Source: Eledone cirrhosa (lineage: Eukaryota). Taken from it: a stretch of DNA of 64,000 nt. The stretch spans positions 3,100,001 to 3,164,000 of the forward strand of contig OZ024741.1 in NCBI GenBank assembly GCA_964016885.1. Direction: 5' to 3'. The notes under the pieces are model-generated. The model made no database searches. It was not told the DNA's origin and saw only the letters and a program-made list of their open reading frames with translations. Below are positions 38,390 through 50,247 of this stretch, in pieces. Each line of letters opens with the position of its first letter. The first letter of the stretch is position 1. Position numbers and translations under genes: made by a program.

Positions 38390-39503
38390 GATGAGTAAAC
38401 ACGCATTAAGGCTACGGCACCTCCACGTATTCCTCACCGGTCAACCGGTGTGGGCCCCGTTTGTGAGACGAACCTTTCCCAGACTCGTCTCACTCACCGA
38501 GCTGCAATCCTGGGTCAAGCAAAGACCGAGAAAACTGGGCGCCTGGCACACTGAGTGTGCCCAGACGCTCACGGCCCTCTGGCAGGCGGACCCGGTTATC
38601 AGTGGAGACTCCACCGCGACATTCTATAGAGGGATGGTACGCAGCAGGTGCGACGACGCCCTCGGAGAAGCCCTAGACATGGAGGAAGACGAACTGGCCA
38701 GCCTGTTCGGTAGGACATTCAGCCCGGGACCTATGGACAACTTCCAGTAGCCTGGCAGTGCTACCGAGGGGCTCTACCCGTTCGAGAAAAGCTCTACTGA
38801 CACGGGCGCCCGGGTAGGGACCCCGCCAAAAAGATCTGTCCCAGATGCGTGTGCGACGAGGAAACCGTTGCACACGCATTGGTACACTGCTCGGGCGTAG
38901 CCGATCTGTGAGGCTATGTCGAACGACTGCTATGATGGGTGGGACCGATCCGGTTGACAACCGAGGCCATTGTAACGATTAAGCCGCCCCCCCCCCCCTT
39001 CAAAAATGAAGAAGAGGCGGTGTTTCTGTGCGTAATAGCCATGGTGAAAGAGGTTGTATGGTGGACGCGTCTGAAAGGACTGAGGTCAGGCACCTTTCTC
39101 TCTGGCCAACAACTGGTCCTTTTCTTCTGATATCATTTCGGAAGAAGGATCAGGATGGAGAGAGATGCTCAACCCCAGTCGTTTTTATGAAAGGTGGGTG
39201 AAAGTGGCGAGAATGGGCCGTGTGAATGGGCCTTCTCTCTATATCAGCCTGTAGGTGGAAAAGAGGAAGGAATGAGGGAGCACCCTCTCTCTGCTCCTGA
39301 GGAGAAGGGGTTGCACACTTTTTTCGGGGGTGTGTGCGACCCCCAAACGCCCCCTCCCTATTGAGGACTTTATTGTTAATTTTATATTTGTTATTTGTTT
39401 TCTTTACTCGCCTTTTTGTGTAAACTCCCCCCTTGTATTTGTCCCCTTCTTTTGCGCCCTAGTGGCAATAAATAGAAATATATCTATCTATATATCTATC
39501 TAT
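38390..39503 (+). mobile_element. Short 5'-truncated Tx1-like LINE, copy 2 (3' end of ORF2 plus UTR)
   Basis: KHALRLRHL...PMDNFQ and MVKEVVWWTRLKGLR are homologous to copy 1. It ends AATAAATAGAAATATATCTATCTATATATCTATCTAT. Confidence 0.9.
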
Positions 39504-39534
39504 TCCTCTGTGTTCATTATTATCTTCATTTGGC

Positions 39535-39720
39535 AGATAGTTACGTCCCTTTATGGTCTGAGTTCAAATCCCGCCGAGGTTAACTTTGCCTTTCATCCTT
39601 ACGGGGTCGATAAAATAAAGTACCAGTAATGTACTGGGTAATTGCTGGCCTTGTGCCAAAAATAGAAACAATTATTAAGCGATTAATACCCCTGCCCCAA
39701 ATTTCTTGCTTTGCGCCTGT
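39535..39720 (+). mobile_element. Partial tRNA-derived SINE
   Basis: Pol III box-B-like GAGTTCAAATCC at 39560-39571 is followed by CTTTGCCTTTCATCCTT-GGGGTCGATAAAATAAAGTACCAGT, a body I recall from octopus SINEs. The family has not been verified. Confidence 0.65.
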
Positions 39721-39739
39721 TATAATTATTGTTATTTAA

Positions 39740-39781
<42 letters not shown>

Positions 39782-40209
39782 GTGTGTCTGTGTATGTGTG
39801 TATATATATATATATCGTCAACAAAGTGCCCTACTTCTAGTAGGTTGTGATCGCTCTGCTGAGCGCCTATTAGTAGTGAAGAGTTTATTCCAAGGAATTC
39901 ATCTGGAAAAATATTTTTCTTTACATTTGTTGGTATTTGTATTATTGTTGCAGTTGTTGTTAATTTTATTCTTTATATACGTCTATAAAGAGACCGATAC
40001 ACAGCCTCTCCACATAGAAATAGTAAAAAAAACACCTCCCCTCCCCTGCCTGCTCACTCTCCCTCTCCCCCCAAAAAAATAATAATCAAAAACAATAACA
40101 GTAATAAAACTTTAATAAAATATAATATGGCGGCAGAGTTCATCTTCCTGTGTTATTGAGACACAGTATTGTTGCCTTTGTCAAATATAATGAAAATATC
40201 AAATAGAAT

Positions 40210-40359
40210 AATGTATATATGTGTGTGTGTGTTTGTGTGTGTCTGCGCGCGTATTTAAATATGTATATATATATATATACTATGGACTTACTTTATATAT
40301 ATATATATACATAAATACACTCATACACATGTGTGTGTGCGTATTTATATATGTATGTG

Positions 40360-40420
<61 letters not shown>

Positions 40421-40838
40421 TGTGTGTGTATGTGTGTGTGTTGTGCATAAAAAAGGGAGAAAAGGGAAATAAATGAACAATTTGTGTGTACATAAGCAAA
40501 TTAAAATGGCCGCCTAATACGATTGGATCCGTTTCAATGAAATTGTAAAGTCATCGTTTTGGTTTCATCGTCTTCAAAAGCATCTTCAAACGTCTTTTAT
40601 TCTGTTTCTCCTTCATTTGGGAATACACGAGAGTTTTTTTCTCTTCTATATATGCGTTTATGTGTCGATGTGTATGTGTGTGTGTGTGTGTGTGTACGTA
40701 CGTCTGTATGTATGCGTGTGTGCGTGTGAATGTGCGTATGTGAGTGTGTATGTGTGAGTGTGTATATATGCATGTATGAGATTGTCCATTTGTATGTGCC
40801 TATGCATGTGTGCATGTTTGTACGTAAGTATGTATATA

Positions 40839-40869
<31 letters not shown>

Positions 40870-40950
40870 GTATATATATATATTTATATATATATATATA
40901 TATATATATAACCCATACGTACATATGTATATGGATATATGTGTGTATAA

Positions 40951-40981
<31 letters not shown>

Positions 40982-41062
40982 CATGTTTTTTTTTCACAAC
41001 ATAAATTTCTCTTTATTGTGTTTATATCTCTCTGTTGTTGTTGTTGTCGTTGTTGTTGTTGC

Positions 41063-41093
<31 letters not shown>

Positions 41094-41135
41094 GCTGTTA
41101 TTGTTGTATTTGTTGTTGTTGTTGCTGTTGTTGTT
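40210..41135. repeat. Compound (TA)n/(TG)n and (TTG)n microsatellites
   Basis: Directly visible dinucleotide runs, with (TTG)n at about 41034-41135. Confidence 0.95.
40525..40584 (-). ncRNA. Truncated or decayed hammerhead-like motif
   Basis: The minus strand reads UUGAAGA, stem II GAUGAAA/UUUCAUU with a loop of about 20 nt, GAAAC, then palindromic GGAUCC. No proper NUH site or stem I follows. Confidence 0.3.
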
Positions 41136-42061
41136 TAGCCCATCACCTCTGGAAGTTATTGTTGATCAAGTAAGCTATGTTTGATGAAAGACGTTCCAAC
41201 CGTGGCCACCTCGTCTTTTTATATAAAGGGACTTCTTGTATCCCGTGTGTTCTACCCAACGTTACCGTATTAAAGTACTTTAATCAATGAAGAGTTTAGG
41301 AAGGATTTACTAGAATTATAATTTTATTAAGATCTAAAATTAATTATCGAAATGATCGAATATTTATTTCTATTGACTTTAACGTTTATGTGTATTATTG
41401 TCAATACAACCTCATATTTATAATAACTTTAGTGAAAAGGAAGGGAAATGCAAGGGCTCTAGGGCCACAGAAAAATGGGAGGGGAAGGTGGATGTGGAAG
41501 GGCTCTGGGCCTAGGGTGTGACGGTGTTGGGGCTGGACACTGCGGACAATACCTCAAAAGAATTTCTGTGGACAATGACCAGCGACCCCCGCTGCAACAG
41601 CCACCCCACCTCGCGGGATCCTTCCTCCGACGGGCTGCCGACGTTCTTGCGGAGTAGCTCTGCAGTACGGGGTCCCAGTATGCCTGAGTCTCAAACGGTG
41701 ACTGGTGCGAAGAATTATTGATTAGCTAATCCAGCTGGGGTGAATGTTTCCTCCCCCGGGGAGGGCCGATGAAATAAATTACTAATCAAGTGTTGGGAGT
41801 GGATTTAATTAGCTTTGTTCTTCCCCAAAACCTTTCTGATCTAAACCAATGTTGGGATTAACCAGAGACAGTGTAAGAGGTTGGGGTTGGTGACTGCGGG
41901 ATCTCCAGGGGTTGGTTGGGCCCTGATGGTTCATGTAACTGTCTATAACAGCAACAACACAATCATGGTCTGCGCAGCAACCACAGCAACAACAACAATA
42001 ATAAAAACAATGGTAGCCTCAGAAACAACAACTGGAAGAGTAACTGAAACATTTATGCAAC

Positions 42062-42081
42062 GTTATTGTTGTTGTTGTTGT

Positions 42082-42128
<47 letters not shown>

Positions 42129-42612
42129 CTGTTGTTGTTTTTGTTGTTGTTGTTGTTGTTGTTCCCACAAATCAACAACGTAATATTTGAACAGCGGTAA
42201 AAAACCGAATGGGACAAAAATATAAAATAAAAACAAACAAAAACGGGACCACATCTATCATCTCCCACCCCCACATATATCCACCACCCCCACCTACCAT
42301 CTCCCACCCCCACATACATCCCCCACCCCGACGTACATCCCCCACCCCCACCTACCATCCCCCACCCCCACCTACCACTCAAACACACACCTACCACCCA
42401 ACCACCACCTCCCATCCCACCCACACCTACCACCACTCCCTACACCTACCACACCCTAACCGACCCCGAAAACCCCTTAGAGGAACATTCTAATTATTCA
42501 CCGATTTAATCCCGTCTCTTAGCGACAGTGTAAACACATATACACACATACACACACACACAACACACACGTAACACAACACACACACACACACACACAT
42601 ACAAATACACAC

Positions 42613-42662
<50 letters not shown>

Positions 42663-42725
42663 CACACATATACACACACACAACACACATATACACACAC
42701 ACAGCAGTCACACACACGTGTGTAC
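42062..42725. repeat. (TTG)n/(ATG)n, C-rich low-complexity and (CA)n tracts
   Basis: Directly visible. The CCCCA-rich segment spans about 42255-42470. Confidence 0.9.
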
Positions 42726-42947
42726 TGGTGTGTGTTATATTTTGTGAAGAAAAGCCAACAAAAGATATAGTATATGGGGTTAAATATATTATAAATCAGC
42801 GAGGGAGCCACGGATGTAACGTCACTGCAGTAAATCAATCGTCAACTATTGTTTGATGGGACATAGCTTTTGTTTTGGAAAGAGTATGAAACATGTCACG
42901 TGTTGTTGTCTCCATGTCCAGGACGTGGGAGTGTAAGGAGGTAAACG

Positions 42948-44990
42948 TCTGGTGGATGGCTCAGAGGTCTGAACCTCGGCTCATACCCCTCCCTGGTGGA
43001 TGGCTGGGAGGTCGGGAACCACGGCTCATACCCCTCCCTGGTGGATGGCTCAGAGGTCTGAACCACGGCTCATACCCCTCCCTGGTGGATGGCTGGGAGG
43101 TCTGAACCACGGCTCATACCCCTCGTTGGTCGATGGCTCAGAGGTCTGAACCTCGGCTCATACCCCTCCCTGGTGGATGGCTGGGAGGTCTGAACCACGG
43201 CTCATACCCCTCCCTGGTGGATGGCTGGGAGGTCTGAACCACGGCTCATACCCCTCGTTGGTCGATGGCTCAGAGGTCTGAACCTCGGCTCATACCCCTC
43301 CCTGGTGGATGGCTGGGAGGTCTGAACCACGGCTCATACCCCTCCCTGGTGGATGGCTCAGAGGTCTGAACCACGGCTCATACCCCTCGTTGGTCGATGG
43401 CTCAGAGGTCTGAACCACGGCTCATACCCCTCCCTGGTGGATGGCTCAGAGGTCTGAACCACGGCTCATACCCCTCCCTGGTGGATGGCTGGGAGGTCTG
43501 AACCACGGCTCATACCCCTCGTTGGTCGATGGCTCAGAGGTCTGAACCTCGGCTCATACCCCTCCCTGGTGGATGGCTGGGAGGTCTGAACCACGGCTCA
43601 TACCCCTCCCTGGTGGATGGCTCAGAGGTCTGAACCACGGCTCATACCCCTCGTTGGTCGATGGCTCAGAGGTCTGAACCACGGCTCATACCCCTCCCTG
43701 GTGGATGGCTCAGAGGTCTGAACCACGGCTCATACCCCTCCCTGGTGGATGGCTGGGAGGTCTGAACCACGGCTCATGCTCCTCGTTGGTCGATGGCTCA
43801 GAGGTCTGAACCTCGGCTCATACCCCTCCCTGGTGGATGGCTGGGAGGTCGGGAACCACGGCTCATACCCCTCCCTGGTGGATGGCTCAGAGGTCTGAAC
43901 CACGGCTCATACCCCTCCCTGGTGGATGGCTGGGAGGTCTGAACCACGGCTCATACCCCTCGTTGGTCGATGGCTCAGAGGTCTGAACCACGGCTCATAC
44001 CCCTCACTGCTGGATGGCTGGGAGGTCTGAACCACGGCTCATACCCCTCACTGGTGGATGGCTCAGAGGTCTGAACCACGGCTCATACCCCTCGTTGGTC
44101 GATGGCTCAGAGGTCTGAACCACGGCTCATACCCCTCCCTGGTGGATGGCTGGGAGGTCTGAACCACGGCTCATACCCCTCACTGGTGGATGGCTCAGAG
44201 GTCTGAACCACGGCTCATACCCCTCCCTGGTGGATGGCTGGGAGGTCTGAACCACGGCTCATACCCCTCCCTGGTGGATGGCTGGGAGGTCTGAACCACG
44301 GCTCATACCCCTCGTTGGTCGATGGCTCAGAGGTCTGAACCACGGCTCATACCCCTCACTGGTGGATGGCTCAGAGGTCTGAACCACGGCTCATACCCCT
44401 CCCTGGTGGATGGCTGGGAGGTCTGAACCACGGCTCATACCCCTCACTGGTGGATGGCTCAGAGGTCTGAACCACGGCTCATACCCCTCCCTGGTGGATG
44501 GCTGGGAGGTCTGAACCACGGCTCATACCCCTCCCTGGTGGATGGCTGGGAGGTCTGAACCACGGCTCATACCCCTCCCTGGTGGATGGCTGAACCACGG
44601 CTCATACCCCTCCTTGGTCGATGGCTCAGAGGTCTGAACCACGGCTCATATCCCTCCCCTGGTGGATGGCTCAGAGGTCTGAACCACGGCTCATACTTTC
44701 CCTGGTAGATGGCTGGGAGGTCTGAACCACGGCTCATACCCCTCCCTGGTGGATGGCTGGGAGGTCTGAACCACGGCTCATACCCCTCCCTGGTGGATGG
44801 CTGGGAGGTCTGAACCACGGCTCATACCCCTCCCTGGTGGATGGCTGGGAGGTCTGAACCACGGCTCATACCCCTCCCTCGTGGATGGCTGAACCACGGC
44901 TTACACTCCTCCCTGAATGGATGGACATCTGAACCTCGGCTCAAATACCTCTCTGGTAGATGGAGGGACGTCTGAACCACAGCTCACACT
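42948..44990 (+). repeat. 44-bp GC-rich minisatellite, about 46 copies
   Basis: Unit GGCTCATACCCCTCCCTGGTGGATGGCTGGGAGGTCTGAACCAC has discrete variants (CCCTGGTG/CGTTGGTC/CACTGGTG and GGG/CAG) and decays at its right end. Confidence 0.97.
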
Positions 44991-44998
44991 TGGTTTTT

Positions 44999-45054
<56 letters not shown>

Positions 45055-45143
45055 GTTGAACACTGGAAGGTAATATCCGTAGTGGTAGAGGACTCAGTCC
45101 ATGGGACGAGTTAGGTAGAAGTGGTTACACAATAGTTAGTTCA

Positions 45144-45193
45144 CCATACCGAGAACAATTGTTTCACCTTAGCGGATCCTCAGCTCGTAATGG
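45144..45193 (-). ncRNA. Compact type I hammerhead ribozyme motif (Penelope-type)
   Basis: The minus strand reads CCAUUACGAG-CUGAGGA-UCC GCUAA GGU-GAAAC-AAUU-GUU-CUCGGUAUGG. Stem I is CGAG/CUCG extended by CCAU/AUGG, and stem III is palindromic (AACAAUUGUU). Confidence 0.7.
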
Positions 45194-45219
45194 GCATGGT
45201 TATACGGAAGGAAGGACAA

Positions 45220-45600
45220 AGAATTCTTTGAAATTCTACATAAACATTTTTCACCAAACCACAGATACCACCAAATATTTAACAAATATACTGTTAAATT
45301 CTCATACTGTACATCAAGCAATCTCAAACAAAAAATAAGCAACTACAACATTTATAAACTTTAAAATAATATGACTACACCACCGCAACATAATTTAAAT
45401 AGGACTGCACCTTTTAAAAAGGCAAATAATGCAATCCTTCAACCTAGAAAACACAACCACCCAAATCACCAACACAAAAACAACAGAACACAAAATCACA
45501 ATACAACTCTAGCACCAAACCACCCACAAAGCAACCTTCATTCTCCTGCTATCATTAATTACTGTAGCACTTTAGGAAATAAATATCGGTGCACATGCAA
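45220..45600 (+). pseudogene. Penelope-like element fragment (region between RT and GIY-YIG)
   Basis: Translates as HFSPNHRYHQIFNKYTVKFSYCTSSNLKQKISNYN, homologous to HFPIQHRYHTIFNKNTIRLSYSTTPNLARNIANHN in ORF 53355-54341. It ends at YRCTCN. Confidence 0.7.
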
Positions 45601-46001
45601 CATAATATAAAAGACAAAAAGTACTGGTGTGTGTGTGTGATAAAGTTTTACTTCATAGAAGTCAAAGGCGTATAATGTAAAGGGTTGTTACCCGATGGCA
45701 ATAATACCATTCTGAAGTTGGTAGAAATATCTTGGCGCTCTCATCTCAGGCTGGTGAGCTGCATTGTGCTGGTAACGAAAGGATCGTCCAGAAAGAATCA
45801 CCAGCTATGGTCCAAGATGTTACCACTTCAGGAATCAGGAGGCGAGAGAGAGATTTCGCGGTAAATCGCTCCTTTTATCTCTGTTGACCGGAAGTGACCA
45901 CTAGGGAGTTTGGTCAATCCCAAAGGGAAGCAACTCCACCTACTTCCTGTCTAGAGAACAACGATTCGATTGTCGTGGCAGGGGAGGCAACTCTTACTAC
46001 A
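45601..46001 (-). mobile_element. LTR of a Ty3/Gypsy element (minus orientation)
   Basis: On the minus strand a PPT-like TCTGGCGGGAGATAT precedes TGTAGT at 46001. It has patchy homology to the LTR at 48276-48621. The distal end is approximate. Confidence 0.6.
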
Positions 46002-46325
46002 ATATCTCCCGCCAGATTTTTAAAACATAAAAATCGAAAGAAGCATGCATGGAGTAAGATGGCGAGCATGTAAGAGGCATGAAAACTATGGTACAGAGTA
46101 ATGGAAGTAAGAAAAGAGGTCAAAAGTTCAAATGTACAAAATATAGTTCACAGGTGTGCAATCACATGACAGCAGGAAAGAAAGTGTGTTCCAGAGAATG
46201 AATGCAGGTGGTTTCTGTTCTGTGGTATATCGTGAAATTTCCAACCTCCGAATGGATTTTCTCACAGGAAGAGTGCTGCAAAAATAAATTCTCTGGCTTT
46301 GGTTGTTGGTGAAGCTGTGTTGATG

Positions 46326-46547
46326 TATTGCTGTTGCTGCTGCTGCTGTATTGCTGTTGCTGCTGTATTGCTGTTGCTGTTATATTGCTGTTGCTGTTGC
46401 TGCTGCTGTTGCTGTTATATTGCTGTTGGTGTTGCTGCTGCTGTTGCTGCTGTATTGCTGTTGGTGTTGCTGCTGCTGTTGCTGCTGTATTGCTGTTGGT
46501 GTTGCTGCTGCTGTTGCTGCTGTATTGCTGTTGCTGTTGCTGTTGCT
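46326..46547. repeat. (TGC/TGT)n trinucleotide-type repeat
   Basis: Directly visible. Confidence 0.95.
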
Positions 46548-46936
46548 CGCTGAGTGAGCGTATTCGGTGTTTAAATTCACAGTAAAAAAAAATTTTTCAG
46601 AAAAAAATGAGTTGCGCAAAGTGCTAGAAATAGCAGCCGAAGTTGATGGTCGATGTTGAGAATGCGTTGACCTGGAAGGGTCAAGAGGCCAGCGACCAGA
46701 GAAATAAGCATTCTTAATAAATGCGCGGTTATCAACGGTAAATTTACATTGTAAATTTATAAACCGGCAAATAGAAGAATATAGCTTAAAATGTTCGTTG
46801 TAAAGGAAACGAAAAACATATATATACATCCAGTGAAATGGTAATGAGAGGTACATTGCAATACAATAAATCAATAAATAAGAACAGCAAAAAAAAAAAA
46901 ATATATATATATATATATAAGGCTCCAATGGCCAGT

Positions 46937-48061
46937 TCACATAAAAATAGTTTGGCAGAACTTTTTGGGCCAGTGGACTCTCCGACCGGAACGGGTCGTA
47001 GTCTTGTATGTAGGTGATGGTGGGGCAGAAGGAGCAGGTGTATGCACAATGGTGAAATATTGGGGTATTTGTGGCTCGGGTGTATGAGCGTCATTGTGTG
47101 CCCTTTTCAGTCTATCCACCGAAATTGTCTCTCTGGACCCCTTAACGTCTACAGTGAAATGTTTGTCAGTGCGTGCTAACACACGGTAGGGTCCAGAGTA
47201 TGGTTGTGTGAGGGGTGGTCTCACAGCATCGTTCCTTACGAACACATGGGTCCACGAGGCAATGTCCCTCGGGACCGCATGTTTTACAGTTTGCTTCCTC
47301 GTATCCATCGGCGGCAGGTCCTGTAAATAAGAACGCAGACGGGATACGTAGGAAAGCGGATCTTGGAAAGCAAGATCAACAGGGGCAAGCATTTGCCCAG
47401 GCAACGCTAGAGGAGCACCGTAAATTAATTCGGCCGGGGAGAACCCAAGGTCCTCCTTTATTGATGACCGAATTCCTAATAACACAATAGGAAGGTACTC
47501 GCTCCAACGTTGAGAGTCTGGATAGGCGCGAAGAGCGGCCTTTAATTGGCGGTGGAATCGTTCCACCATTCCATTTGAAGCAGGATGATAGGCCGTGGTC
47601 CGAATCCGTTGAGCTCCAATTATTTTGGTGAGCTCAGAGAAGAGATGGGACTCGAATTGTCTACCGCGGTCTGTGGTGAGTGTAGTTGGTACCCCAAAGC
47701 GGGTAATCCACCCTGATACCAGGGCACGTGCTACAGTCTCAGCAGTCATGTCTTGTAAAGGGATGGCTTCAGGCCATCGCGAAAAACGATCGACACACGT
47801 CAATATGTAGGAATATCCACTGCTGAATGGCCAAGGTCCAACGATGTCAATGTGGATGTGTTGGAACCGGGCATCTGGAGTGGTGAAAGTACCCAGTGGA
47901 GTCCGGATGTGTCTATGGATCTTCGATTTCTGGAAAGCGATACAGGAACGGCAAAAAACAGCAATGTCGCGCCTCATATTAGGCCAGAAGAATCTGGCTG
48001 TTATGAGTTTAACTGTGGCAGCAGATCCTGGATGAGAAATGTTGTGCAGAGCCTGGAACAC
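46937..48061 (-). mobile_element. Ty3/Gypsy pol integrase domain (5'-truncated, uninterrupted frame)
   Basis: ORF 46937-48091 has an HHCC-type region (LHNISHPG...CRSCIAFQ, last C altered), a DDE core ([25 protein letters not shown]) and a GPY/F motif (PYSGPYRV). The first roughly 10 residues come from an unrelated inverted segment. Confidence 0.92.
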
Positions 48062-48275
48062 ACTTTCTTTCCTGCTGTCATGTGATTGCACACCTGTGAA
48101 CTATATTTTGTACATTTGAACTTTGAGCCCTTCTCTTACTTTACTACCTTGATATCTATCATTGATTTTTGCAAACATTCTCTTGTCGTAATTTTCATGC
48201 CTGTTACAACATTCTCGCCAACTTGCTACATATTTTCATTCGATTTTTATATCCTAAAATTCTGGCGGGAGGTTA

Positions 48276-48621
48276 TGTAGTGGCTGTCTCCCTTGTTTGG
48301 ATTAACATCTAGACGGGAAGTAGAACCCTTTCTGTAACTTCCGGTCAGAACCCTATAAAACTAACAACTTTAAGTTCTCACTCTCTCACTTGGCTCTGCC
48401 TCTCATTTGGCCTTCCGGCGCCTGGCTGGCCTTAGCCAGGCGTCCTCTGCCAGCCGCGTTTGCCTGGCAATCAAAACGGTAACGACTAACTTTGTTTCAT
48501 TCTATCATCTATTTTTTGACATGTCAACTATACTATCTACCATTGTTAATTAAATATTATAGACACAAACCATGTCTCGTTTTGTTACATTCATACAACC
48601 CAGTACTTTCGCTATATTACA
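48276..48621 (+). mobile_element. LTR of a related Ty3/Gypsy element (plus orientation), preceded by 3' UTR and PPT
   Basis: PPT-like TCTGGCGGGAGGTTA precedes TGTAGT at 48276, and the LTR ends TATTACA at 48621 (TG...CA). A TATA-like CTATAAAA lies at about 48353. Confidence 0.65.
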
Positions 48622-49112
48622 ATAGAAATAGCTCAAGAATTAATGAGAATAGTATAGGCACCCCCAATAACCATCTTACGTATGGTTGTAATTACAGAAA
48701 TAGAAGCATTTGCCCCTTAAATGGAAACTGTTTGATTAATAATGTAATATATAAATGCACTGTGTCTACTACAGACTCCAACAAAACATATATAGGATCT
48801 ACATCAAACACATTTAAGAAAATATTTTACGCACACTCTAGTAGTTTCAACAATACTAAACTAGCTAACACCACATCTTTAGCTGAAGCGGTAAATGATT
48901 ATAAAAAGAAAAAAATAGATTTCAAGTTATCGTGGAACACCATTCTACAAAGAACTCCATATCTTGGGAACAGGAGGGAATGCAGATTATGTTCAGGGGA
49001 GATCTTGGAAATTACTAAATCTAAGGACGATTTATTAAATAAAAGAGAGGAATTGATCATAGTTTGTAACCACCGTATACAAAAAACATTTAAATACTAT
49101 AAACCTAATTAA
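48622..49112 (+). mobile_element. Penelope-like element GIY-YIG endonuclease fragment
   Basis: Reads CPLNGNCLINNVIYKCTV...TYIGSTSNTFK...CRLCSGE...LLNKREE...CNH and is homologous to ORF 53355-54341. Confidence 0.88.
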
Positions 49113-49322
49113 ATATTCTAAATAGCAACTCACTATAATTCCATATAGAGTAACATTTATTAGTACCTCTTTCCCCTAATTATATGCATTCCTGATTATT
49201 TTTTGCCTTTTAATGCTTTAGCTTCCTTAGATTTATGCGTTAATGACTAAAGGCAACAAGATACACAACCACGCGTAATTGCATGAGTAAATATATATCT
49301 ATGTATGGTATGGAAATATATT

Positions 49323-49367
<45 letters not shown>

Positions 49368-49434
49368 ATGTGTATTTATGTATGTGAATATGTATATATA
49401 TATATACTTGTATATGTATGTGTGTATGTGTATG

Positions 49435-49503
<69 letters not shown>

Positions 49504-50247
49504 GTGTTTGTGTGTGTATATGTGAGTATAGGTGTATGAGTGTTTATATAAGAGTATGTGCACATGTATGAGGAGTGTACATATACTCACACATGTGAGT
49601 AACAGAACACACTCACTCCTTGGTTGGTTTTCGCTTCTCGCTGTCTTTTATATCTGTAATCTAGCTTACTCGGTCCTCAATGTTGCCGTTGACTGACCGA
49701 CGGTCAAAAATAATACAGATACAATATAGACACAAACACATATATATATATAGTTTGCATAATTTACATAAATCTTTCGTTGCACATCTGCAACATCGTC
49801 AGTGGTGTTATATTTTCCTCCTGTTGTGTTGTATGTCTACGCCATTTTTTATTCAGTCTGTCTGTCTATATATTTATTTATTTATTTGCTTGTTTGTTTA
49901 TTTTATTTTGTCTTCTTTGCGCATGCGTTTGCGTGTGTGTATAGTGTTATGTTTGCTGTGTGACTAGTGTGTATAGTGTTATGTTTGCTGGGTGACTAGT
50001 GTGTGTTTATGTGCTTGTTGTTATTGTGCTTGTGTATGTATTTATTTATCTTATTTTATTTACTTATTTATACTTCTCTTAGGTCAGTGTTGTTTGTTTG
50101 GGTGTTGTTGTTATTCCACTCATTCTTTCTGTTTAGCTTTGGTCTTCTAATTTCTATTTCACTGGCCTCTCTGATTTGCCTATCTGCTGGGTCATTTCTA
50201 TGTTTAGATATTATTCTAATTTCTATGTTGTCTATGTTACCGTCATG

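Noticed and set aside
41718-41790. Possible HDV-like or hammerhead ribozyme in the GC-rich island
   Set aside because: I could not assemble the nested pseudoknot, and the hammerhead-like boxes lie on opposite strands.
42948-44990. CRISPR-like appearance of the regular 44-bp (and 42-bp) repeats
   Set aside because: The units are contiguous with no unique spacers, there are no cas genes, and the context is eukaryotic.
46937-48091. Integrase ORF as a domesticated host gene
   Set aside because: Its start codon comes from the inverted-repeat junction, the HHCC motif is damaged, and it lies in LTR/PPT context.
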